Source: Octopus sinensis | Lineage: Eukaryota | Length of the DNA: 64,000 nt | Assembly (NCBI RefSeq): GCF_006345805.1 | Contig: NC_043005.1 | Span: 86,800,001-86,864,000, forward strand | Direction of reading: 5' to 3' | Shown: positions 53,278 through 64,000 of the stretch, piece after piece | How the letters are laid out: each line of letters starts with the position of its first letter | Position numbering within the stretch: position 1 is the stretch's first letter | Notes under the pieces: generated by a model | Seen by the model: the letters and a program-made list of their open reading frames with translations, nothing else | What the model was told of the DNA's origin: nothing | Databases searched by the model: none | Position numbers and translations under genes: made by a program

Positions 53278-54099
53278 ATATATATATATATATATATATC
53301 AGCCGAAATTGCGAGTATGATCCGGTTCTTGATTGAAGTTAAATCGAAAAATCTGCATATTTAATTATTTTAATTTTAAAAGATTTTAATTTCTTGTTTC
53401 TCATCTTCCATAACATAAAATAGAATTTTCTTCTGTTTTTGGTGTTGTTAGCCGTGGATAACACTAATTATTCTTTCTTTCGAATAGCCGGCTTCGGAAG
53501 TGTTTCAGGAGCCATCTTAGGTATTCAAACTCTCTCTCCTTCCCTCGCCCCCTTCTCTCTCTATCTCTGTCTTTTCCTTCTGGAGAAAATAGCTGTAATC
53601 AGGTACGGAAGGTAATGGGCACCCACCAGCTTACAATGCCTAAAAAAGTCAATTGCATCCTGACTGCTCACATCCGCTAAAACTTCATTTACTGTTGAGA
53701 AGATGTGGATTTGTATGTGCAAACCTGCGTGGCATGTTCGTGGGCATGTGTAAATAGGCATGTCTGTACTTGCTCTTATTAGTTTGGTCCCTAGACTACG
53801 GATATGCTTGACATATCTCTGTAAGCATTTAATTGATCCGAGCATATTATCCGGCATTTAATTTTCGACTTGGAAGGAATTTATTGGCAAAATCCACATT
53901 ACTAATGTTTTTAAACATGTGTGAATAGCGTAACATTCTCATTATTTTTTCGAACGAATTTACTTTGTGCAACTGCATATTAGCAAATGTATTGGAAGGG
54001 TTTCACACAGTGTTTCAGTATCGCACAAGTTTACAATGATTCGTGAGAATATTTTCTTCTAATCTTTCGCGTCAGCCCATCAAGATTGAGTGAGGGAGA

Positions 54100-54270
54100 T
54101 AAATCAATTACGTTCGATTACATCGACCCAAGTACTAAACTGATCTTTATTTTATGGATACCGAAGGGATGAAAAGCAAAGTCAACCTCAAAGTTTGAAC
54201 ACACAATGTGAAGTCGGTAGAAATGCTGTCAAGCATTTTGTTCGGCAATTCAAGGATTCTGCCAGATCTC
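54100..54270 (-). mobile_element. Diverged Meta-like SINE
   Basis: CGATTACATCGACCC.AGTAC..GGATGAAAAGCAAAGTCAACCTC..TTTGAAC. Confidence 0.7.
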
Positions 54271-54368
54271 CAGCGTGCTAAGAATTGTGGTGGCTAGGCT
54301 CACTGATCTACGACAACAATACAATTCAGTTATCCAAAATCCAAAGAGTAGGACTCACTAGAAACCAT

Positions 54369-54610
54369 AGGTGTATGAATAATTCGCCGTAAACATTTTT
54401 ACCGTGGGGAAAATTTGCAATAGTAAATTTCACCGTAAAGAAAACACAAAACCAGAGTGTAAACTAAATAACTCATTTCCAAGAAATCACCCTTCACTAA
54501 TTGGTAGGATAGCTGACGCTGCCATTTTAAGATAACAGTTGCATTTATGATTTTTTTTTACGGTGAATTTTCCAACGGCAAAAATGTTTATGGCGAAATT
54601 TCCTGTAACT
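54369..54610. mobile_element. MITE-like inverted-repeat element
   Basis: TTCGCCGTAAACATTTTTACCGT.GG.AAA..TTCACCGTAAA / TTTACGGTGAATTTTCCAACGGCAAAAATGTTTATGGCGAA. The flanks AAACCATA / GAACCGTA may be a decayed 8-bp TSD. Confidence 0.75.
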
Positions 54611-56183
54611 GAACCGTATGATCGCAAATGAATCTCTTGACAACATGCTCCTTACAAAGCACTAATATTTGGTAAATGTACAAGAAAGAAATATAGGTGA
54701 AGCGAATTTAAAAGTTTTATGGATAAGGGCAGATAAATCTTGGATTTACGTATGTTCCGAAGAGAGAAATATAAGCTAGTTTTTCCTATCAAAATGTGGG
54801 ATATGTACATGGACATGGACATTATCCAGATGTACAGAGGATAATTAATGTATACTTGCAGGATTAACGAATCCGATGCAATTGTACATATAATTTCGAA
54901 ATGTGTAAGATACACACTCGCATAGGGAGAATAATAAATTCAAAGAAAAATAGATTTAAAGAATCGCGTTCTTTTTAAAACTATTATTCGTAAATGAATA
55001 CACTACCATACAAATACAGGAATGCAGGCATACAAATATGCACACATAATCACTCGCCATATGAATATATATATGTGCACATACATATTGTAGATGCACA
55101 ATGAAGGTATGTTAAATCGTAAAGACCTTTTTCTGCTAATCTTAAAGAGAACGCCATTTACTGGAGTGCTTTCTTAACATGTAAAATTATATTTAGCGAA
55201 TATGAAACTGCCATCTGAGACAAATTAGAGAAGTAAATGAAAGAAACGGATGTGCATTCATTGTTTATTGGAGATAATATGTTAAATGCACTAACACGAC
55301 AGAGAAAATGGATAATAAGCAGGATAATCTTGTCGTTTTAATATTGTGAGGAAATGTAATTTCGTGATTACGATGTATTTAATGTTGTTTAATAGTGTAA
55401 TTTAAGCAGCGTAGTTATTTGCATGTAAGAAAGGTTTGTGTACAAGTATGTATGTATGTGTGTCTATGAATGAATGTATGAAAATCAATGCATACAAATT
55501 CATGTGGACACACACACTCGACACACAGGAGGTGCAAAATTACACATGAATAAGATATATATAAATTATTCACGTTTGTAAACACGTGGACGAACATATA
55601 TCGTCCGTACGTTTATTTTACTTCAAATATATCTGCCACGATGAAGTATTTGAACAAACATATATGCGTATATGTCTGTGGATGCTTTCCTATGCACCAA
55701 CGTCTCACCCTCCTCATTACATACTACCCTTTTCTAAGTAAATGAGCATCTAAGGGTACCTTGGATTGTGCCTGTATACTTAGCTGTAGTTCTGCTTTGC
55801 TACGTCCGTGTGTGCATATCTGTTTGTATACATGTGAGATTAGGTGTCCCGGTACTGAAAATTGTCCTCCGTTAATCCGTAAACTACTCAGTTTTAGAAA
55901 GTGCCTTTTTCTATCTAAATTTACATTATGCTTTGATTTTGTTGATATTAAAATACAGTAAATTCCATGAGAGTGATTAACCTACTGTCTTGAGGGATCC
56001 CCGTCAATTAGAGCTGGAGATGGGACATCAGTGGAACAAAAAGTGGTGTAACCGCACAAACAAAGGAAGGGCAGAAATGTGGCTTCTGATGGTGTAACGC
56101 AATCGCTTCTATACTTTGAATGCTTGGCTGCTGTTCTAGTAACTTGACGGAGAAAGCAAATAAGTTAACTGCAAATCTTTTGT

Positions 56184-56225
<42 letters not shown>

Positions 56226-56299
56226 TATATATATATAACAATTTTAAATACCGTTGGGTTTTTCTCATAAGGTATTGGAATCTTAGATATATATATATA

Positions 56300-56510
56300 T
56301 ATTTCTTTACTACCCACAATGGGCTAAACACAGAGGGGACAAACAAGGACAGACAAACAGATTAAGCCGATTATATCGACCCCAGTGCGTAACTGGTACT
56401 TAATTTATCGACCCCGACAGAATGAAAGGCAAAGTCGACCTCGGCGGAATTTGAACTCAGAACGCAAAGCATTTCGCCCGGCGTGCTAACGATTATGCCA
56501 GCTCGCCGCC
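56300..56510 (-). mobile_element. Meta-like SINE monomer inserted into a Penelope-type terminal fragment
   Basis: Head GGCGGCGAGCTGGC on the minus strand, flanked by AATCTTA(G/C)ATATATA on both sides (likely TSD). Confidence 0.88.
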
Positions 56511-56961
56511 TTAATCTTACATATATACCATTCTGCCTAATATAAATTCCATAGACCTACATATCTCACATCCATTTTCTTTCCTCCACCTCACTCTTTA
56601 TTTTGTACCCTATCTAAATTGATTATTTCTGAACCATTCTCTCACAACGTCTCCTATGAAGGAATATAATTAATAAATATCCTGGAAGCAGCTGTAAGGT
56701 ATTCTATCTATAAACGTTCTAATATCTACACAGCCTCGGGTTTCTATCTCATTACGCCAAAGAAGATACTTATATATATATATATATATATATAATAATA
56801 AATATTAGGTCGATATATGGGGTCGATATAATCGGCTTAATCTGTTTGTCTGTCCTTGTTTGTCCCCTCTGTGTTTAGCCCATTGTGGGTAGTAAAGAAA
56901 TATATATATATATATATAAGATTCAAATACCTTATGAGAAAAACCCAAATTGTCTCGAATA

Positions 56962-57012
<51 letters not shown>

Positions 57013-57172
57013 TACTGCAGAGACTCCCAGGTGAACCTACCTCGCAGCAAGGAGGCACAAGAGATGGCAGTGATATCAAACTCACATATTCACCAAATCC
57101 CACATACCAGAGGAGGTTCTCGATAATAACTGGTCACAGTTTTGAGCTGAAAATGATAAAAAAAGGACATAT

Positions 57173-57248
<76 letters not shown>

Positions 57249-57879
57249 TTATTGTTGTATTTCAGGATAGTCTTTTTTTTCGCAAAATAAACACATGCAC
57301 TATTTATTTGTTCTTCACTCGACAAACATTTGTGACCTCCTCAGCGACACTTTCCATCATCGCGCGTGCCTTTGCTCTGCTTATTTCATTCTGTTCTTCT
57401 AATGTGTGTATCCTTATATGCGCAAGGGTCGGTGTTTGTATGTGTGTGTACATGTATATGTGTGTGTTTGTTATTAGTAACCCTATGTCCCTCCTCTCAA
57501 TACCGTCCCCTACCAAGCAGCCGCTGCTGCTGCCCTACGAACCGACAATTTGTACCGTTCTTGTAATTCACTGTGTTTGTGTGTTTGCCCACGCTGCTGC
57601 CATCATGATAGTTACTGTTGTTGTTCTTGTTGTTGATATTTTTGCGGTCGTTGCTGAAGTTACCGTATGTGTTTGTGTGTGTATATGGGTTCACTTCCTA
57701 TGTTGCTTGTATACGTGCCATTTATACAGTTTGCTTTGTTTTCTTTTGTTCTTTTTGTCTATATTTTTTATATTCATCATAGGTATGTGCATATATGTCT
57801 ATTGCATGTGTGTTACCTTGCTTGCATCTGTTGTTTCTTTTCTCACTTCAATCTTTAGTGTGGTGTGGTGTAGTGGTGG

Positions 57880-58460
57880 GTGTCATTGTTCCGTTGCGTT
57901 TTCTGTTGAGTCTCACTCTGTCTATTGCTACGTGTGTAGCCTCTGTGAGCTCCCTAACTATGTATTGATAATACATTGACCTCTATGCTATTGACTGAGC
58001 CTCTATGTTCTGCTTGAGCATGTCGATAGAACACTGACAAGCCTTTCTCATCTTTGAGCTCTCGCCAGTTGTCACCTATGCGCTCTCCTATGCTATGTGA
58101 TGTCTCGTCAGGGTTTGTAGTTATCATGATTCTGCACCGTTCCTCAGTACATCGTAAGCTATGTACTGTATTCCTAATCTTACAATTAACATGTGCGTCC
58201 ATCCTACATGCACCTCAATTGTTCTCCGTACATGGGGACCAATCGAAGGGATAAGTTCTACAGACCAGGAATTTTATAGGAGACCCGGCCATTCTACTAC
58301 TTTAATTTGTAAATTGAACTTATCTAATCTTTTTTCTAAACACGTATGCTAGCTCACCGCCAGTGGTAGCATCAACCAACATGAAACACTGGTATGTTTT
58401 TTTGTCATACCATGAGTTGGGCTTCTCTGTCTTTTTCTGGTCCTTCCTGTGCTGTTCCAT
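57880..58460 (-). mobile_element. Penelope-like GIY-YIG endonuclease relic
   Basis: NCKIRNTVHSLRCTEERC....DETSHSIGERIGDNW..SVFYRHAQAEH resembles C...N.VY...C..C..YIGET.R....R..EH..H...H. Confidence 0.65.
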
Positions 58461-58807
58461 GATTTATATATATGTATTTTTTTAAACCAATGAAAGTAAC
58501 AAATCAAAGATGCAGGCCGAAGATTTTGACAATTAACTGGTATTTCAGTATTTCAGAGTTAGGGCTACTTCTTTAGGAAAACACCATTTCTCCTTAGATA
58601 TCCTTTAAATAAGGAAGCACCAGGTACTAAATATTGACATGCATTTTAAGATTTTAAATAAATCCTTGTTTTAGCTTTAAATATATGTGATACGTTTCTA
58701 TGAGATAATTCTCCCTGAAATATTTACACGCAGTCACACTGACACACAGACACACTCACACGTACACATACATACACATATACATGAATATATACATACA
58801 TACATAT

Positions 58808-58884
<77 letters not shown>

Positions 58885-59052
58885 CCACCCAGCGAACATC
58901 CACCATGGGTCATCACAATTACTTAAGGTAAAAATGAATTCCTCGCTCTTTCGGAAACATCAATCTTCTGTATTGACCGCTTTCCACTGAAGGCGCTGCT
59001 ACAGGATAGTCGCAGTCACGTGACTGAAACAAGTAAAGGAGCAAAAGAGAAT

Positions 59053-59084
<32 letters not shown>

Positions 59085-59085
<1 letters not shown>

Positions 59086-59893
59086 ATCAACTAATAAGGG
59101 TGAGAAAATTTAATAGTACATCCATTTAACACCAAGTCCAGAATACAATTTACTCAACCGCACGCTAGATTTTACCATAACGATAAACACACGTGTGGTT
59201 CAGTCGATTGCATTCGCTGTTATAATTCAAGTGCCCCTGCCACAGCCCGCCAAAATTAACGGAAACAGATACTACATTTATTTGCCCTGTTCGTTTGCGC
59301 TAGTAGTCGTGCTAACTTTCATCGGAAAGAGTTCGGAAACCTAGCGGATCTATTTTTAGTGCTAGAGTCGACCACATAGTGGTTACTCTCTTATATTTAT
59401 GTATAAAATTCATTGTAATCCAAGTTTTTATGCACTAAGCCACTTGGTGTTAAATGGATGTACTATTAAATTAGTATTCAATTTTCTCAACCTTATTAGT
59501 TGATTGTAATTATACTACATATAATTTTGGATGTAGTATCTGTTTCTGTGAATTTTGGCGGACTGTGGTAGGGGGGCTTGAATTATGCAATCGACTGAAC
59601 CACACGTGTGTTTATCGTTATGGTAAAATCTAACGTGCGGTTGAATAAATTGTATTCTGGACGGATTCGGCTGAAGAGCTACAGATATGTTATGTGAGTA
59701 AAATTATATATTTATTAATAGCGAAACAATTGTCCTGAACTAATCTGCATTTTTGTTATTTTTATTTGCCCTCTTCGTTTGCGCTAGTAGTCGTGCTAAA
59801 TTTCATCGGAAACAATTCTTTGTGGCTGAAACCTAGCGGATCTATTTTTAGCGGTAGAGTCGACCACATAGTGGTTACACTCTTATATTTATG

Positions 59894-59895
<2 letters not shown>
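59085..59895. mobile_element. Rearranged Penelope-type terminal-repeat cluster with direct and inverted segments
   Basis: Segments A 59085-59137, B 59136-59277, C 59278-59405, inverted A 59442-59505, inverted B 59531-59662, hammerhead, then C again at 59762-59895. (TA)n on both sides. Confidence 0.85.
59666..59739 (+). ncRNA. Intact minimal type I hammerhead ribozyme
   Basis: ttcgg-CTGAAGA-gcta...tagc-GAAAC-aatt-GTC-ctgaa, with palindromic ACAATTGT. Predicted cut after 59734. Confidence 0.88.
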
Positions 59896-59949
<54 letters not shown>

Positions 59950-60333
59950 ATGTATGTATGTATTTATGTATATGTGTATGTATGTGATATATATATATAT
60001 ATCATAGATAATAATTATAAAATTATACTTTTAAGGTTTCGTCGTATATTGGCTACCGAAAATAATGTAATACTGCGACATATGCTTCAATATTAGATTA
60101 TATGTATATATCTGCACACACACACACACAAACACACACACATCTGCTTTATATCTCTGTGTGTTCGTGTGAATCTATGTAAATGTACCTACCGACAAAG
60201 AGAGAGAGAGAGAGGGAGACAAAGAGGGAGATATATGCACACACGCATATATGCATATGTATATATACGTACACACAAACACATACCCATATGCATATAT
60301 TCACGTCACGTATATATTTGTATGTATACATAC

Positions 60334-60364
<31 letters not shown>

Positions 60365-60405
60365 AGTATATATATGTACGTATACATATATTTATATCTA
60401 TCCAG

Positions 60406-60452
<47 letters not shown>

Positions 60453-60464
60453 CACACATATATG

Positions 60465-60520
<56 letters not shown>

Positions 60521-61888
60521 ACATATATGTATGTATATATATATATATATATATATAAAATACACATACATACATACTCACACCTCTTTAGAGTATATCG
60601 GCAATGTTAATTAAAACACCCATTACTCTGTAATTAGATCATATACGCTGCAATTATTACTTGGATGAAAACACGCTGTTGGCTGTTATAATTAAAACTA
60701 CTATTAACTAGATTACATCTAAATAGTTACGATAAAGTTAATAATATTTAAATGCGCTTTGGCTAATTGCTTAACGTCCAACATCAACCATCTTACAAAC
60801 CGATCGTTAAGGCCAAATTCAGCATCTTATTTTCGCCCATTTTGTCCTAACCAATGTTGTAAATTTCCCTGCATTTTAGTCATTTTCGTCGCCTATTCGT
60901 CAGTATTTATCGCCTTACAAATATATACATATGCAATAGGATGTCGTATATACAAACCTCACTAAAATCTTGCAGAAGCAAAGCTTTGATGAAGTACTTT
61001 TAACCCGTTAATCTATTAACTTGGCATTCTTACATTGTCTCTTACTCTGAGATTACATTTTTTAGTGATTTTTATTCGTATTACAATACAGAATTTGATA
61101 CAATATTGATATTACAATTATTGGAGGGTGATTTATCTTCTGTTTTAAGGGGTCCCTGTCAACTAGGGCTACAGATGTGGTATCAGTGGACTGGTTGTTT
61201 AATTCTAAGTGCGATCAGCCCCGTCCTTGAATGTAGATCGGTTTTAAAATATATAATGTTTGATAATATCTTAAGTATATTAAAACAAAAACGTGCTAAA
61301 TTGAGAGACCACAACCCCGATACTACAGCTATATGTCAAGAATAGTCTAAGAAATGGTCACTAGGCCAGTCTCACGGGCAACACCCACCGACAGGTGATG
61401 CAGGGTAGACTACGAACAAGATGATTGCATAAACTCGGAAGGTTTCGCTTGGTGATCCAGCGCAGTGTGTCTCCCAGGGTTTAATGGGCCAGAAGATGAG
61501 ATATTCAAAAAGCAGGGACGACTGATCGATCGTCGAAGTAAATACATTGTAGAATTCATATACATTTCAGATAACTCAAACCAGCATACGATTATGTTTA
61601 AAACACTGAAGAGATCTCTAATAAACTTCAATCGTTCATTCACTACAAAAGAAGCGTCGGTCATTCGATCGTGGCTGAAACAAGTAACATAAGGAGAATG
61701 AAAGATGGCGGATAGACTGAATTGTTAATGGAATCGTTAATTTTTTCTCCGTTCAAATCCACTCGATGTCCACTTGACATTTTTTATCGCTTCCAAGTCG
61801 GAAACTAGACATGTACTGGTGTCGCTTACTAACACTTATGTCAGCCCAGACCTCACTATGGAGCACACATGCATACATACATATATAC

Positions 61889-61954
<66 letters not shown>

Positions 61955-62024
61955 TTGTGTATGTGTACGTGTGTGTGTCTGTGTGTATGTCATATGTGTG
62001 CGTGTTTCTCTGGAGAGAGAGAGA

Positions 62025-62179
62025 GATAGACAGACAGATACACAGACAGACAGATAGACAGACAATCAGACAAACAGACAGACAGATAGGTAGATAGTTA
62101 GATAGATACACAGACAGACAGACAGAGAGACAGACAGACAGACAGACAGATAGATGGATAGAAAGACAGACAGACAGAC

Positions 62180-62260
<81 letters not shown>
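62025..62260. repeat. (GACA)n/(GATA)n tetranucleotide tract
   Basis: Direct reading. Confidence 0.97.
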
Positions 62261-62261
<1 letters not shown>

Positions 62262-62479
62262 GGTGAGTAAGGCATACTAAACATTCTGTACAGGTAATGT
62301 CGATCTGATAGAAGGAGTGAGCTTATGTCTACACAAATATTTGATCACTATAAGCAAATCATCAGCGTGGTTATTCGCTAAGAAATGTCCTTCTCTATCC
62401 GCCATAAAGTCTAAGATATAAAATGGACAATACAAGAGAAACAATAAGCGAGGTCGGGTAAAAATGTATAATATATAAT

Positions 62480-62635
62480 GAATGGGTGAGAATATATGTT
62501 TTATTAATAAAACTGCAAAGGCATCCGAGTTTCACGTTCCCGTTCTTCGGTCAGTTCGACGAACGGGAACGTGTAACCCTGAGTAACCGTCTTTGTGATG
62601 TCTTTGCAGCTTTATTAATAAAGCATATTACTCTC
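62480..62635. mobile_element. Fold-back terminal fragment with decayed hammerhead
   Basis: TTTATTAATAAA.CTGCAAAG.CATC / GATG.CTTTGCAG.TTTATTAATAAA and CACGTTCCCGTTC / GAACGGGAACGTG. Decayed core TCGACGA-acg-ggaa-cgt-GTAAC-cctga-GTA. Confidence 0.65.
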
Positions 62636-63122
62636 CCTATTGCGTAAGTCGACTTGGTCGTAAGTCGGCATATAGGCACATAGCTTTTTTTGTACATTTT
62701 TACATTCCTAATGTACATTCTCAGGTAAAAGCCACGCACATGATTCTGTATTATACTATTATACTGGTGTTAGTCAAATATCTCTGAGTCTCAAGCAGAC
62801 GTCTTATAAACTAATACGAAGTTGCCTCGGTGTCTCCGCGACAATATATTTATCCCACATTTGGCATAACCACAGTGGAGATCGATAACCAGACCTAGGG
62901 GATGCATTTGTTAGCTGACATCACAAGCAAATGCGTTCCCGTTATATTTCAACAAGACAGTTTATTATTGCTCCCGGGAGCTGGCGCGCAATCATCGTTA
63001 AGTCGATTGATCGAAAGTCGGATAGGCCGTATATATATGTGTGTGTGTGTGTGTGCGTGCATGTGTGTGCGTGCATGTGTGTGCGTGTGTGTGTTTGCGT
63101 GTTTACGTGCGTGTTTGTACAA

Positions 63123-63149
<27 letters not shown>

Positions 63150-63153
<4 letters not shown>

Positions 63154-63685
63154 AAATTAAAGTCAAAATGAGGGTGGAAAATTGGATATTAATTTAATAA
63201 CATCAATTTAACACCAATGGTTTAGCGCATAAAAAATTGAGATTCAGTAAATATTATTAGTACATAAATACGAGAGGGAATCCACTATGTGGAAGCCCTT
63301 ACGCTAAAGAGAGATCCGCATGAGTCTCAACCACTCAGAATTGCTCTCAAGAAAAATTTAGCACACCATGAACGTAAGCGCGCAGGACAAATGAAAAATA
63401 ACAAAAATATAAATTAACCCGTTACAATTGTTTCACTGTGAATAAATTATGCAATTTTACTTACACAATTCATCTGCAGTTGGTCAGTGAGGTCATCATA
63501 TAAAGATATAATTTGTCGAACTCCACGCCAGATATCAACACGAGGTTGAAAATACATGTAGTTCCAACTATTACATCTACGGTTATGTTCAAACGTCCTG
63601 GAGAACAATCATAGTGGTTGAGGCTTATGCGGATCTCTTATTAGCGTAAGGGATTCCACAATGTGGAATCCCTTTATGTATATAA
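63150..63685 (-). mobile_element. Fold-back Penelope-type terminal fragment with decayed hammerhead
   Basis: Inverted arms at about 63275-63350 and 63598-63675, family terminus at 63165, and minus-strand CAGATGA-attgtg...cacagt-GAAAC-aatt-GTA at about 63420-63476. Confidence 0.8.
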
Positions 63686-63692
63686 ATATATA

Positions 63693-63725
<33 letters not shown>

Positions 63726-63872
63726 ATTAGCAATGGTCAAGCCAATACATGTATAAAAACATGTAATATACAAATAAATATCTGTAAATATAAAACCATC
63801 CGAATTTCTGAGTACTTCATTTCTTCTAATATAAAATACCTGTACATCAGCTCCAAACCTACTAATATATAC

Positions 63873-63905
<33 letters not shown>

Positions 63906-64000
63906 GGTATCCACCGTGGTGGCTATTCCCCTTATATATAAATATATATATGTATGTATGCATGCATAGATAGATAGATAGCTAGATAGATAGATAGATA

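Overview
AT-rich, microsatellite-saturated animal DNA that looks intronic or intergenic. The repeat families point to an Octopus genome (inference). No host protein-coding exon, rRNA, true tRNA or CRISPR array can be supported, and almost all ORFs in the track are translations of (TA)n, (CA)n, (GATA)n, (AAT)n or (CAT)n. The window holds one near-complete but frameshifted Penelope-like retroelement (RT plus GIY-YIG, minus strand, about 28.2-33.6 kb) and two more Penelope-like endonuclease relics. It also holds an internally deleted Hero-like retrotransposon, Dong/R4 and RTE relics, Tc1/mariner relics, several MITE-like fold-backs and many modular tRNA-derived SINEs. The most interesting layer is non-coding. 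A dozen or more minimal type I hammerhead-ribozyme motifs (a few intact, most decayed) sit in short Penelope terminal fragments, usually next to (TA)n and often as fold-backs carrying their own antisense. The Hero-like element has a strand-permuted hammerhead-like motif at its 3' end and an array of GAAAGA-loop hairpins at its 5' end. All calls were made by eye and boundaries are approximate.
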